The notes beneath the pieces were generated by a model. The model did not search any database. It was not told the DNA's origin and saw only the letters and a list, made by a program, of their open reading frames with translations. 64,000 nt of DNA. Origin: a virus (lineage: Duplodnaviria > Caudoviricetes). Location: IMG/VR virus record IMGVR_UViG_3300045391_005020; one strand, written 5' to 3'. Numbering within the stretch: position 1 is the stretch's first letter; every line of letters starts with the position of its first letter. Positions 7,676 through 17,462 of the stretch are shown here, in pieces. The translations under genes and the position numbers were made by a program.

Positions 7676-8805
7676 AATGCACCCGCGGCCTCGAGGGCCA
7701 CCACCAGGGCGCGATCCTTGATGTCGGCGCCGTTCCCGAACTGAGACGACTCGAAGCGAGCCATCTGGTCCGAGATAGCGCGACGCTGCTGAGTCGGACG
7801 CTCGTGGTCGATGTACTGGGTAATCGACTGAAGCGCGCTGAAGATCGTGTCCTTAGTGCCTTCCAGCTGGCAGGTCGGGCTCGCAAGAATCGCGGACAAG
7901 GTATCGTACCGCTTCTTCTCGTTCGCCTCGCGCATCGCCTTCGCACGTTCCGACTCGTCGCCCGGCTTAGCCTCTTCACCGGGTTCATCCCGGTCAGGCT
8001 CGGACTCGTCGACGCTCTCCCAAGTCTTCTTGATGATCTGACGGAACAGTTCGTCGGTCAGGTCCTTGCGCGCCAAGATCTCGTAGGCTTCTTTGGTTCG
8101 TTCGACGGCCTTCAGGGTGCCGGCGTACGCCTTCTGGATATCCTCGAGAGCCTTGGTGATGCCCTTGGTGTGACGGATCATGAAGCCACCGGACAGACTC
8201 TTTTTCTTCTTACGGCGATTGCGCGCTCGCAGCATGGCTGCGTCGTGCAATGCCGCGCGCTGGGTATTCTGACACACCACGCGGGTGAGAGTCGGAACGA
8301 CTCCCAGCATATGGTTGTAGATGTGTCCGTTGGTGAACAGCATGTACGGGACGACGGTATCGTCCTTGCCGAGGCGGATCATCAGATCCGGCATCCGGAC
8401 CAGAAACCACACGGTCTCGCCCTTACCGAGCGCGCCGGCGGTTTCCCAGATGAGATCATGATCGACGCCGGCGATGCCGCGTGCGACCTCAATAATCTGA
8501 TAGTTTTGCACCGGTTCGTACGAATCGCGAACCGGACCCAGCACAACGCCGTTGTCGGAGCGAGTCATCGAACACCAGCCGTCGACCTGGTGGTAGATCG
8601 ATTGCGTTTCTCCGCCCCCGATATCGATCACTTCGGCGTGGTAGAGGGGTTTCTTCTCGACGATCCAATTCAGACCAGCGAGTTCCAGAACTTCGGTGTC
8701 CTGGATCGGCTTATCGATAATAGTGCCGAGACCGTGCCATGCGGGCTCCTTGAGGGAGAACATCGCGGCAGATCCATCGGCCTTACGAGCGAGATTGTGA
8801 GCCAT
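7672..8805 (-). CDS. DUF932 family phage/plasmid protein
   Basis: PAWHGLG, YEPVQN, ETAGAL, RVVCQNT, YIDHERP motifs. Confidence 0.85.
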   Translation of the reverse strand: MAHNLARKADGSAAMFSLKEPAWHGLGTIIDKPIQDTEVLELAGLNWIVEKKPLYHAEVIDIGGGETQSIYHQVDGWCSMTRSDNGVVLGPVRDSYEPVQNYQIIEVARGIAGVDHDLIWETAGALGKGETVWFLVRMPDLMIRLGKDDTVVPYMLFTNGHIYNHMLGVVPTLTRVVCQNTQRAALHDAAMLRARNRRKKKKSLSGGFMIRHTKGITKALEDIQKAYAGTLKAVERTKEAYEILARKDLTDELFRQIIKKTWESVDESEPDRDEPGEEAKPGDESERAKAMREANEKKRYDTLSAILASPTCQLEGTKDTIFSALQSITQYIDHERPTQQRRAISDQMARFESSQFGNGADIKDRALVVALEAAGAL

Positions 8806-8824
8806 ATGATTCCTTGTGGTTCAT

Positions 8825-8855
8825 AAAACAAAATCCCAGTCGCGAGACTGGGATT
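8825..8855 (-). terminator. intrinsic terminator-like hairpin
   Basis: AATCCCAGTC-N4-GACTGGGATT followed by a T-rich run on minus strand. Confidence 0.6.
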
Positions 8856-8887
8856 GCTGAGATTCAAAGAGCCAGAGGCTCGTCTGA

Positions 8888-9151
8888 TTAGGCGTCGTTC
8901 AGGCGCACGTACACGTATTCGTCTTTGTTGCCCTTCTCGTCGCGCTGGCGCTTCAGCCGAAAGCCGGTGCGGGCCAGCGACGCGATGATCTCGCGCAGCG
9001 GATACGTCCGGTCCTGGTTGGCGAGGCGCCACTCGGGTTCTGCCTTGGCCGGAATCGCGCACTGTTGATTCACGGCGTCGATGATAACCGGAAGTGTGGT
9101 GCCGCCCGGAAGTGCATCCAGGATCGCGTCGAGTGCGGGCTTCGGGCTCAC
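8888..9151 (-). CDS. hypothetical protein
   Basis: GTG start overlapping upstream stop; upstream part of the listed ORF is a shadow frame. Confidence 0.6.
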   Translation of the reverse strand: MSPKPALDAILDALPGGTTLPVIIDAVNQQCAIPAKAEPEWRLANQDRTYPLREIIASLARTGFRLKRQRDEKGNKDEYVYVRLNDA

Positions 9152-9492
9152 ATGTTCTCCTTGACCGAATCCAGAGCGGCTCGGTCTTCTTCTGATAGCT
9201 GGCCGTCTTGGCTCAGCTGCTTGGCGATCTCTTTGCGGATAAGGCCGTCCATCACGATCGTGGCGACATCGGACGCGGTCCGGCACACCAAGAAGGCGAT
9301 CGCGAGCGTCTCGATCATGCCCAACACGTTCCCGATCTGGCCGTGGAAGAACCACACCAGACCCAGGATGATCCCGAGGGTAACCAGGAGGCGCGATGAT
9401 CCGAATCGCGGCGTCGCTTTGGCACCCAGCGCGTCGATCTTGCCCTTGAGATCGCTGGCAATCAGTTTCGTGATGTCGTCGAGCGTGGCCAT
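9148..9492 (-). CDS. two-TM membrane protein (holin-like)
   Basis: Two hydrophobic helices, charged termini. Confidence 0.5.
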   Translation of the reverse strand: MATLDDITKLIASDLKGKIDALGAKATPRFGSSRLLVTLGIILGLVWFFHGQIGNVLGMIETLAIAFLVCRTASDVATIVMDGLIRKEIAKQLSQDGQLSEEDRAALDSVKENM

Positions 9493-9501
9493 GTGGTCCC
9501 C

Positions 9502-10092
9502 TCAGAAGCGAGTCGTGAACGACCCATACAAAATATTGTCGGAGTCGCCGCCCTGGTAATCCCACAGGCGACCGAACCCGATCCCGAAATGACTCCAATT
9601 GTGCCCGAAGTAATCGGGCGGCGGATACAAGCTGAGTCCTACGCCGGCGCCGTCCTGGCCGATCAACAGATCCGGCGCAGTGGTGCCGTACAGGAGTCGA
9701 ACGGGACTGTACCGGATACCGACGGCCATGCCGTCGTGGTTCTCGGTGGAGCCGCCCATGTACGCGCCAGCGAAGGTTCCGATGTCGAAACCGGGGTCTA
9801 TCAGGTAACGGTCCCGCAGGACGCGCGTCGACCACTTGTCGGAGTCGGCCTGATCAGGCGTCTGGTAGAACTGACCCGACGATACGTCGGCGGTGAACTT
9901 GTCCCCGGAGGCCACGTGGGTGACCTCAACGGTCCCGTCCACCTGGTCGCCGTGGCGCACCACGTGGAACTGGGTCTTGGGATCGATCAGCTCTTTGCCG
10001 TTCAGGGTAGCGGCCGGGGTCAGGTTGAACCACATAGTGGCCGCAACCACGATCAGGATCGCGCCCCCGATAAGCTTTTCACTGAAGTCCAT
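9502..10092 (-). CDS. exported protein, possible outer-membrane beta-barrel
   Basis: N-terminal hydrophobic segment, Gly/aromatic beta-strand pattern, ends YGSFTTRF. Confidence 0.5.
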   Translation of the reverse strand: MDFSEKLIGGAILIVVAATMWFNLTPAATLNGKELIDPKTQFHVVRHGDQVDGTVEVTHVASGDKFTADVSSGQFYQTPDQADSDKWSTRVLRDRYLIDPGFDIGTFAGAYMGGSTENHDGMAVGIRYSPVRLLYGTTAPDLLIGQDGAGVGLSLYPPPDYFGHNWSHFGIGFGRLWDYQGGDSDNILYGSFTTRF

Positions 10093-10122
10093 GGCCGGCC
10101 ATTGTGACGTCTAAAGCGTGAA

Positions 10123-10142
10123 AGCAAGTCTATTGTTTTGAT
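10123..10142 (-). promoter_or_regulatory. ACAAT-N4-TTG promoter motif copy
   Basis: ATCAAAACAATAGACTTGCT. Confidence 0.65.
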
Positions 10143-10720
10143 GTGTCATTACCGTGCGGTTGGCCTGTTTTCTTGGCTTCCCGGCGGGCTTTGGCGCGAT
10201 CCTGGGCCAGTTTCTTGGTCTTGGCCTTATGACAGGGCTGGCACAGGGTCATGTAGTTCTCGAGCCCGCACTCGCCCCCGCCGTTCACGACTTCCAGGAC
10301 ATGGTCCGCATCCCACAAGGACTTGCGGTGCTGGTCGAACCCGAGCTCCCTCAGGAACGCCGCGACTTCCTTGTGGCTCGGGTGCTGGCACATGTAGCTG
10401 TGATAAGATCCGCGACACCAGGTCGGGTGCGGATTCTGATCGTCCGGCGCATACAGCAGGATCTTGGCGATGCGGGCAATACGCGCGCAATCGGCCCCGC
10501 AGATTCCGCAGATCCCATGATCCCTGGTTTCGACCGCGGTCCGAACGTACCCGGCGTCGGTCCTGATGCGCCATTCGTGCACGCATGGGTCGCCGCAGAA
10601 GGTACGGCGAGGCGGTTTGACTTCGGTCCCGCACCAGCGGCACAAACGGCGGCCGTTCGGACCCTTCTGACCGTGATAACGATTCCTGATTTCGCGAGAC
10701 AGTTTCCTGGAAAGGCTCAC
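10130..10720 (-). CDS. HNH endonuclease
   Basis: CRWC, RD...CGIC, DADHV...GG...N..TLCQPCH. Confidence 0.85.
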   Translation of the reverse strand: MSLSRKLSREIRNRYHGQKGPNGRRLCRWCGTEVKPPRRTFCGDPCVHEWRIRTDAGYVRTAVETRDHGICGICGADCARIARIAKILLYAPDDQNPHPTWCRGSYHSYMCQHPSHKEVAAFLRELGFDQHRKSLWDADHVLEVVNGGGECGLENYMTLCQPCHKAKTKKLAQDRAKARREAKKTGQPHGNDTSKQ

Positions 10721-10729
10721 CCTCCCAGG

Positions 10730-10767
10730 ATCGTGACAATAGAGTTGATTTCAACCCTATTGTGGAT
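10730..10767. promoter_or_regulatory. inverted pair of the ACAAT-N4-TTGA motif
   Basis: ACAATAGAGTTGA-TT-TCAACCCTATTGT. Confidence 0.5.
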
Positions 10768-10948
10768 CGGTAGGCCAGAAGCCGGTCCACTTGACCAGCT
10801 TGGGGTCGTGGCCCTCGCACTCCTCGGTTCCTTCGCACATAAGACGCTGGCCGCCGCATACCGAGCACCGCTCGACATCGCAGCCCTGCTGGTGCTTTCG
10901 TCCCGGCTCGACGTAGCAGTCCGGGCACTTGGTCGGTTTATTTCCCAT
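10757..10948 (-). CDS. small Zn-finger protein
   Basis: CPDC...H..GCD.ERC..CGGQ...C. Confidence 0.7.
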   Translation of the reverse strand: MGNKPTKCPDCYVEPGRKHQQGCDVERCSVCGGQRLMCEGTEECEGHDPKLVKWTGFWPTDPQ

Positions 10949-11264
10949 CTGGGCCTCCGTTGATCCGGATGAACCATTGAAAGTTGTCGCGGACCGTATC
11001 TCGAAATGGAACGAAGAGACTGGTGCGCGGCGCCGATCTGGCCTCGCAGCCCAGTTTATTCAGCATGCAGGCCACGTCTCCGAGCAGATCCACGCTGCAG
11101 TTCAGCGCGACCCACAATCCGTCGTTCAGGCGCTCCACTACTTGGATGGGCATGCCCTTCCCCGCCTTCGACAGTGCCATATTGGCAGCGATCACGGCCC
11201 GCATCTCGGGGTTCTGGGCTACTTCGTCTTGGTACATCAGTTCCTCTTCATTTCTCGAACCCAC
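10938..11264 (-). CDS. hypothetical protein
   Basis: ORF. Confidence 0.65.
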   Translation of the reverse strand: MGSRNEEELMYQDEVAQNPEMRAVIAANMALSKAGKGMPIQVVERLNDGLWVALNCSVDLLGDVACMLNKLGCEARSAPRTSLFVPFRDTVRDNFQWFIRINGGPDGK

Positions 11265-11394
11265 GTCGGTAGTGTGATCCGGTATTCTTTCATACAGGAC
11301 AGCAACGAGATCAGATGCCGAACCTCGGCTCGTATTTTCTCTCGCTGCTGGATCCGGATAAGCCGGTTGATCACCGCTTCTTGTTCGGGGCTCA

Positions 11395-11622
11395 TCACGG
11401 CCAGAAACCCCACAGATTGGTGGTCTCGCGCTTCCGGACGATCGCCGGATACTGCGCCATGATTTCCAGGAAGCACTTCTCGGTCAAACCGCGGCGTGCA
11501 CAGAGCTCCCCGGTAGTCTTCCCGACAAACCGCGCGTCCCTCGTCTGGATCATCTGGATCAACTCGTCGATCGCGGCCTTGGTGTCTCGCCGCGGTGCAC
11601 GATCCTTAGTTGGCTGGGTCAT
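11395..11622 (-). CDS. hypothetical protein
   Basis: ORF coupled to neighbours. Confidence 0.65.
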   Translation of the reverse strand: MTQPTKDRAPRRDTKAAIDELIQMIQTRDARFVGKTTGELCARRGLTEKCFLEIMAQYPAIVRKRETTNLWGFWP

Positions 11623-11864
11623 GGTTCTTCGTACTCGGCGTCATCCAGCATCTGGGCCGCGATCTCTTCGTAGGTGCGGGATCGCGTTGCCACTACCTCG
11701 TCGCCTAGAAGGTGATGGCTCTTCGTCACGTCGAACACGACACCCTCATGGGTGCAGTTCAGCAGAAGATCCATCCTGTTGTCACAGTCGATATTCCCGA
11801 CCTGGATCCGGACGTTCTCTATGTCCTTCCAAGTCTGGCCGCCATCAAGACTGACGTAAGGCAT
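11619..11864 (-). CDS. hypothetical protein
   Basis: ORF with GAGGAGG RBS. Confidence 0.7.
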   Translation of the reverse strand: MPYVSLDGGQTWKDIENVRIQVGNIDCDNRMDLLLNCTHEGVVFDVTKSHHLLGDEVVATRSRTYEEIAAQMLDDAEYEEP

Positions 11865-12107
11865 CTATTCCTCCTCGCCGGCGTCAGCGCAATAGAGTCC
11901 GACCGCCACGGGGCCGCCTTTCTCCCAGCGCATATCACAAACAGCATTGTTGATCTGTGTATTGAGATCCAGGTTGGAGTTCATGCCTGGAATTTTGATG
12001 AAATCAGTATCCCAGGTATGATCCGGCCAAAGCCGATAGTACTCAACCGTCATGGTTCCGTCGCGATGCTTAGTCTCTCTCTTCTTAGCGCGTGTGCGCT
12101 CAGTCAT
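11865..12107 (-). CDS. hypothetical protein
   Basis: ORF, start trimmed. Confidence 0.6.
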   Translation of the reverse strand: MTERTRAKKRETKHRDGTMTVEYYRLWPDHTWDTDFIKIPGMNSNLDLNTQINNAVCDMRWEKGGPVAVGLYCADAGEEE

Positions 12108-12408
12108 CCCAGGGCTCCTTCTTCTTAGGCCCGACCGTGAGTTCGATGCGACCGTTCCGGAGCAGCTCGCGGACGAAATGCAGGGCCGCCCTTCCACCGA
12201 AACACCCAGTCTCGTGGGCGAGCATCAGCCGGATGTCCGACGAATAGTAGTCGGGACCGTCGTCGCCGAGACGCGCGATCACAGACATTCCAAGACACGA
12301 AGGGCAGATGTAAACATCGGCGCGCTCGTCGCCTTCCTTATACCCACCCAGGAACTCGCACTTGTCGCAGTCGTGATGGAACTTCGGCTCGTATAGCTCG
12401 AGATTCAT
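12100..12408 (-). CDS. hypothetical Cys-containing protein
   Basis: HDCDKC.FLG...DVY.C motif. Confidence 0.7.
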   Translation of the reverse strand: MNLELYEPKFHHDCDKCEFLGGYKEGDERADVYICPSCLGMSVIARLGDDGPDYYSSDIRLMLAHETGCFGGRAALHFVRELLRNGRIELTVGPKKKEPWDD

Positions 12409-13514
12409 CCCAAGTCCTCCTCGGCTCTAATCAGTTTCGCGACCGGGAAACGAGGAACCTGATCCTCTGTGCGGTCGAAGAATTTGACGGTCAGCTTCTT
12501 GCCGATGTAATTCTGCTTATACCGGAAGATCGCGGCGCGATCTTCCATGCTGCACGCCGGCGTGGCGTTGAAGACGGCGTCGGTGAGGTCGTTGCGGCAT
12601 ACGTAGATTCCGCAGCCCTTCATCTTGCCTTCGCCTTCGATCACATCCAGGACCTCGAACTCAGCGTCCTGGAAAGTCTTAACCTTCAGGAGCGACTTCG
12701 ATCTGTAGCCCCACTCGTAGAGAGATCCGGGGAGACGCAGCATGGCGCCCTCGAATCCGTCCTGGATGAAGTCACCTTGGTATCCGTACACCTGGTCGAG
12801 CTTGTCGACCAGAACTGTCCGGACGCCACGAAGCGCGAACGGCAGCCCTTTGTCGGACAGGATCAGGCGATCCAATTCGGCAAATCGGCGTTCCCACGGT
12901 AGTGAATCATCGCCGTCTATCTGGGGAATGTCGTAGATGTGATACTGAATCTCGAGCGACTCCGCCTGTTGACGCTTCACGTGGCTCGTGATGGTCTGGC
13001 ACGAGAGACCGTGCCGATACAGCTCGCCGTCGAACACCCAGCCTTTTGGCAGGTGGTCGGCCAACGCCTGCTCGACGTGGGGTAAGCTGTAGGGCTTGCC
13101 CGCTCGGCTCATAAGCCTGATCTCGTTGCCGTCCCAGCTCGCGATGCACCGGACTCCGTCCAGCTTGGGCTGCACGTGTGCCGGGAACACCAAGTCCTTC
13201 GGCTTCACCTTCTCGATCGGATGTGCCAGCATCGGAAGAAACAGCGGCTCGGCCGCCTCTTCCTTGGTCTCGCTGTATTTGCGCTCCAGCTTGAAGTGCC
13301 ACATTGCGTTGGCTTCTTGGACAGCTTGTTGTTCCGCGGTGGTCGCGTTCTTCTTGCCTTGGTTCTTGCCCTGGCACTTCTTGCCGGGCGTGACCTGAAG
13401 CTGGCCGCCAACCTGACCGTGCTCGGTGAAGATGGTGTCGCCTTCGACGAACACGCGCCATTGATGGAGCGCGCCCGTCTTGGCCTTATGGAACAAAACA
13501 GGAAATTCACTCAT
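12405..13514 (-). CDS. lig: ATP-dependent DNA ligase
   Basis: QPKLDGVR (KxDG), FDGELY, IYD, FEGAMLR, LLKVK motifs; N-terminal WGR-like region. Confidence 0.95.
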   Translation of the reverse strand: MSEFPVLFHKAKTGALHQWRVFVEGDTIFTEHGQVGGQLQVTPGKKCQGKNQGKKNATTAEQQAVQEANAMWHFKLERKYSETKEEAAEPLFLPMLAHPIEKVKPKDLVFPAHVQPKLDGVRCIASWDGNEIRLMSRAGKPYSLPHVEQALADHLPKGWVFDGELYRHGLSCQTITSHVKRQQAESLEIQYHIYDIPQIDGDDSLPWERRFAELDRLILSDKGLPFALRGVRTVLVDKLDQVYGYQGDFIQDGFEGAMLRLPGSLYEWGYRSKSLLKVKTFQDAEFEVLDVIEGEGKMKGCGIYVCRNDLTDAVFNATPACSMEDRAAIFRYKQNYIGKKLTVKFFDRTEDQVPRFPVAKLIRAEEDLG

Positions 13515-14038
13515 AGACCAAACTTCTCTTTCAGCCACTTGAAGTGCCCGATATCGAGGCTGCCATGTGACTCGAACACCACTCCGTCGGCGCGACGGTC
13601 ATAGGCTTTCCACCAGACCGATCCGCTTGCGTAGACGACGACCTTGTCGCCATCGGTGTTCCACTCGGAGTCCTCGTCTTGGTTGCCGTCGCCCGGAGGG
13701 AATGAATCGTTCCACTCCTGCTCGAGTTCATCCTCAGAAAACCAGGGCTCTGATCCAACATGCGGATATCCGCGAACAATCGGATATCCCCGACTGCGCC
13801 AACTCGGGCAGCTGTAGTCGGTGATCTGCGCAGCTCCAACACTGACTACGGTCTCATGGAGCTGCAGGATGCGGCGGATCAGCCGTTCATCGACGGTGAT
13901 GACGCAAAACGATGGCCTCTCGGCGTACTCGTTATTGCAGCTGACTTGGTCGATCATCGTAAACGGCAGCGACTTCGGCAACCAGGCGTCGGCCTCCGCG
14001 GCCGGCGCCTCGTCGCGCATTTTCTGTCGTGCGGACAT
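13511..14038 (-). CDS. hypothetical protein
   Basis: ORF with GGAGG RBS. Confidence 0.7.
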   Translation of the reverse strand: MSARQKMRDEAPAAEADAWLPKSLPFTMIDQVSCNNEYAERPSFCVITVDERLIRRILQLHETVVSVGAAQITDYSCPSWRSRGYPIVRGYPHVGSEPWFSEDELEQEWNDSFPPGDGNQDEDSEWNTDGDKVVVYASGSVWWKAYDRRADGVVFESHGSLDIGHFKWLKEKFGL

Positions 14039-14316
14039 CAGTAATCCTCCGGCAACAAGATGGTGGTGACCGAACGATCGGCCTCCGTGATGATCCATAT
14101 CTCGACTCCGGTCGAGAGGTGATAGACCGACTGGATGCGCTCGCCGTCCTTGACGGCCGCGTCGTTGCTGGCGGCGTCGTCAGCCGGCACATCGCCCCAG
14201 TCGCCACTGCTGTGGCGCCGGATGTATTCGATGGCCGGCTCGTCGGCTGCCTGCAAGGCCTCGAGGGCAGCGGGCGTTGAAACCCACAAGCCCAATTGGA
14301 ATTTCGCCGGGTTCAT
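14038..14316 (-). CDS. conserved plasmid/phage-related protein
   Basis: RH..GDWG...N..A...G.R..S.Y...IWIITEADRSVTTILLPEDY family signature. Confidence 0.75.
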   Translation of the reverse strand: MNPAKFQLGLWVSTPAALEALQAADEPAIEYIRRHSSGDWGDVPADDAASNDAAVKDGERIQSVYHLSTGVEIWIITEADRSVTTILLPEDY

Positions 14317-14320
14317 TGGG

Positions 14321-14530
14321 TTACTTCTTGGGTCTGGTCGGTAGCCAGGCGACAACCCGACAACCGCGCTGTTGGGACAAGACGTTTATGCGTCCTTCGG
14401 ACTCGCCGGTAAGGGCCTTGAGTTTGTCCATGAAAGCCGAGGCCTCTTCTTCGGACGGGAAGTCGAACGTATCCTGGCAGCCATGACAGGTCACTAAGTA
14501 GTCATGGAGCGATGCGATGGTTGATACCAA
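14321..14530 (-). CDS. hypothetical protein
   Basis: ORF with CxxC. Confidence 0.55.
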   Translation of the reverse strand: MVSTIASLHDYLVTCHGCQDTFDFPSEEEASAFMDKLKALTGESEGRINVLSQQRGCRVVAWLPTRPKK

Positions 14531-14538
14531 TCAGCACC

Positions 14539-14736
14539 TCAATTCATGGGTTCTTTGTTGAGGGCGACAGGGAGGTCGGCCATCGGGTCGATCACCTCCA
14601 TATCGAGCGTCTCTCCCCCGATATCCAGTGATTCTGGATCCTCAGCATCAAGAAAATTATCGATCACGTCTTCCGGGGACTCGGCTTTCACCGCGTAGGT
14701 GGTGACCCGTGTTACATCGAGATGATAGGTCTTCAT
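14539..14736 (-). CDS. hypothetical protein
   Basis: ORF. Confidence 0.6.
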   Translation of the reverse strand: MKTYHLDVTRVTTYAVKAESPEDVIDNFLDAEDPESLDIGGETLDMEVIDPMADLPVALNKEPMN

Positions 14737-14987
14737 TGCGGTCCTTCGTACTTGGTGAACCGGTCGTCGCGCGACTGGAGGTGGGACTCGTTGAGGGCGC
14801 GGATGGCTTTGCCACCCGTGGTGTTTGGAAGCTCCACGGCCTCGGCGCTGAGCTCTTTGACATCCTTGGTCTCGTAGAAACCGCCGTGGTCGATAGCGGA
14901 TCGGGCGAGCTGGACGGCGAGCTCTGGGCTAGGGGCGTCGAGAACAAACGCATAATCGCGCCTGATTTCGATCATGTAGCGCGCCAT
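14733..14987 (-). CDS. hypothetical protein
   Basis: ORF. Confidence 0.6.
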   Translation of the reverse strand: MARYMIEIRRDYAFVLDAPSPELAVQLARSAIDHGGFYETKDVKELSAEAVELPNTTGGKAIRALNESHLQSRDDRFTKYEGPQ

Positions 14988-15159
14988 TACCGCGGACGCT
15001 CCTTGACCGTCTCGAGAGCGACGCGGTCTGGCGTGGCGAGATAGCGCCGGCGAGCTGAATCGATCAAGTGCAAGTGCGGGTTCAGCCGCTCGGGGTGTTT
15101 GACCGCGAGGTCACGGAACTTCGACCGGATGTGGTTGAGAGTGAGTCGCATGGGATTCC

Positions 15160-15822
15160 TTAATGATTACGACCTGAACGAACCTGCTTCGCCCGACCTG
15201 GGCGACGACGAGGTGCTTTATGGGCGGTGCTCTTGGTCAAACGGGTCTGCGATTCCACGCTGGGAAGCGACACCGTGATGACCAGGTGTCGCGGCGTCGT
15301 GACAGCAGTCTCGGTTTGTTCGTTGGTTTCGGGGTTGAAGTCGACGGCCGAAATATCGACGCGCTCGCGCTTCGCCGACACCTTGACGTTGCCTTCTGGA
15401 AACTCAGACCTGATCTCTTGCTTGAGCCGAGGGACCAGCTGGTTGTAGGTGTGACGAGTCAGCGAATCCTGATCCAGGAAATCCTGACGCTTCAGGTTTC
15501 CGATCATCTTGTCGTCGAGGTGGCAGCTGATCTTGGTGCCTTCGCGGCAGCCTTCCTGGCTGATGTCTCGGACGATCGCGAGGGAATCCAGATCGGTCTC
15601 GCCGATCGAATATTCCAGAACCAAGCACGTCGCCTTGCCGGCGTCGAGCGGGATCTCGATGGTCTTGATGTAATCCAGGATCTGCTCGACGGCGTTGTCG
15701 ACGAACACGCCGAGAATCTGCTTCTGGCGCGCGTTCACGACTGCCCGGTGAGCCTTGTAGGACGCCATGACCGCCGGCAGTTCGTGCAGTCGGGCGAGCG
15801 AGATGGTGAAGTCGCCGCTCAT
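15160..15822 (-). CDS. hypothetical protein
   Basis: ORF. Confidence 0.7.
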   Translation of the reverse strand: MSGDFTISLARLHELPAVMASYKAHRAVVNARQKQILGVFVDNAVEQILDYIKTIEIPLDAGKATCLVLEYSIGETDLDSLAIVRDISQEGCREGTKISCHLDDKMIGNLKRQDFLDQDSLTRHTYNQLVPRLKQEIRSEFPEGNVKVSAKRERVDISAVDFNPETNEQTETAVTTPRHLVITVSLPSVESQTRLTKSTAHKAPRRRPGRAKQVRSGRNH

Positions 15823-16013
15823 ATGCCATCCGTCAGGGGGTCGTAGGGTTCTTCCTCGACGTCGATGATGTCGTACTTGTCGTACTCGAGTTCGAAATCT
15901 TCCTGCGACAGCTTCCGGTTCTGAAACTTCTCGAAGGCTTCATCTTCGTTGCGGGCCACCACTGTCACGGTGGTCTCGGCCGGAACCGATATCCGATACG
16001 TGTAGGTGTTCAT
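15819..16013 (-). CDS. hypothetical protein
   Basis: MNTYTYRISV..., start trimmed. Confidence 0.6.
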   Translation of the reverse strand: MNTYTYRISVPAETTVTVVARNEDEAFEKFQNRKLSQEDFELEYDKYDIIDVEEEPYDPLTDGI

Positions 16014-16015
16014 GG

Positions 16016-16309
16016 TTACCACTCGAAGGTTGGGAGTTCCTCGATCTCGGGGCCGTCCTGATCGAAGTTGATCAAGCTGCAGCCGTGACCGATTGCGTAT
16101 CTCACGATGTTGACGAAGTGTTGGCTCATGCCGGCCTGGTCGGCGTCCTCGCCGAACTGACCGTCTTCGCCCAGGTAGCAGATCCATCCGTACTCGTGCA
16201 CCGCGAGACGCGGGCCGTAGTCGCCAAACGGATAAGGACCTTCGAGAATCTTCCGATCCTCGTCGGTCAAATGTGCGGTCGACAGGTCTAGGTACTTCTC
16301 GATTGCCAT
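16016..16309 (-). CDS. DUF5983-like protein
   Basis: LDLSTAHLT...YGW...FDQDG...LPTFEW. Confidence 0.7.
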   Translation of the reverse strand: MAIEKYLDLSTAHLTDEDRKILEGPYPFGDYGPRLAVHEYGWICYLGEDGQFGEDADQAGMSQHFVNIVRYAIGHGCSLINFDQDGPEIEELPTFEW

Positions 16310-16377
16310 GGAATCTCCAGAGGATGGATCGCTCCGGATCCCCGGGCCCTTGCGGACCCGGGGTTTCCTTGGCGCGA

Positions 16378-17388
16378 TCAGTAGTTGAGCGACAGCGACA
16401 GAGCGCCGATGGTTTCACCGGTTTCCGTGCTGTGGTAGACATCGAAGCCTACGCACGACATCGAGATACCGGCTTCAGCCCAAAGGCCGCGTTCAGCGCG
16501 AGCAGCCTGTTCGGCCAGGTCGCTACGATACTCGCCATCGCGGATCTGCTGACGCAGGCCGCCATGAAGCGAGAGGTTGTGATCGATGGCCAGATTCTCA
16601 CGAGCGCCCAAATCAACCGCGGCATTGACCTGCGTATTCAGCACGCCGGTGGCGTACAGTTCGCTGGTCAGGGCGCTGTTGTGATGGAAGCGGCGCGAGG
16701 CGGTAAGGTACAGCAGGCCGTCCAGACACGCGGAATCATCGTCCTGACGGAGCACCGAGTTGGTCGTGGTGGTGCTGGTCGTCGTGGTCGAGCTGCCCGG
16801 AGTTCCCGGAGTTCCCGCAGTACCAGGAGTTCCCGAAGTACCCGGGGTGCCGCCGGTGAACGGAGGAGGATTCGCATGACCGGGGAAGCCGTAGTGATGG
16901 CCATTGCCAGGGAACGGACGCGGACCAGTGCCCGGAGTACCCGGAGTTCCCGAAGTGCCCGGAGTTCCCGAAGTGCCCGGAGTCGTAACCGTGTGGCTGG
17001 TGGTCCTGGTCGAGCTGATCGTACGAACCGAGGACGAATCATCCTGGCTGTAGGTGCCGCCAAGGCCGAAGATCACGGTCGCGTCGCTATCGTTGCGGAA
17101 GATGCGGCCGAGCGTGATCGTGTAGGCGTCCAGACTGTCGTCGTCATTGACGCGATCGAGCTGATGGAGATTCGCGGTCAGGACATACTTCCCGAAGATA
17201 TGCGAACCGTTGATGCTATTGGTGCGAACTTCACTGTTGTCCCGGTCAAGACCGAGATCGCTACTCGTCCAGGAAACCACCACAACCGGTAAGGGTGCGG
17301 GCTTGGGTGATTCAGGTACGCCGGGTTCCGCCGCGAAAGCGGCGCCAAACAAGATGGCCAGCGTGGCGAGGAGGGTGACATTACGCAT
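16378..17388 (-). CDS. secreted/outer-membrane protein with PGT repeat loop
   Basis: Signal peptide (MRNVTLL...AFAAE), amphipathic beta strands, C-terminal LSLSLNY, internal GTP/GTS repeats. Confidence 0.65.
   Translation of the reverse strand: MRNVTLLATLAILFGAAFAAEPGVPESPKPAPLPVVVVSWTSSDLGLDRDNSEVRTNSINGSHIFGKYVLTANLHQLDRVNDDDSLDAYTITLGRIFRNDSDATVIFGLGGTYSQDDSSSVRTISSTRTTSHTVTTPGTSGTPGTSGTPGTPGTGPRPFPGNGHHYGFPGHANPPPFTGGTPGTSGTPGTAGTPGTPGSSTTTTSTTTTNSVLRQDDDSACLDGLLYLTASRRFHHNSALTSELYATGVLNTQVNAAVDLGARENLAIDHNLSLHGGLRQQIRDGEYRSDLAEQAARAERGLWAEAGISMSCVGFDVYHSTETGETIGALSLSLNY
16795..16985 (-). repeat. 9-bp tandem repeats encoding (PGT/SGT)n, two blocks
   Basis: cccggagtt/cccgaagtg units. Confidence 0.8.
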
Positions 17389-17462
17389 ACGAGATCCTTT
17401 ACAAAAGGCATTGTTACGAACCAAGGATGGCACGAGCGATTTATCACTCGGACGTCGTTCGA

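Noticed and set aside
16795-16985. CRISPR or collagen-like tail fibre repeat
   Set aside because: Short 9-bp coding repeats inside a signal-peptide protein; no spacers and too short for a collagen fibre.
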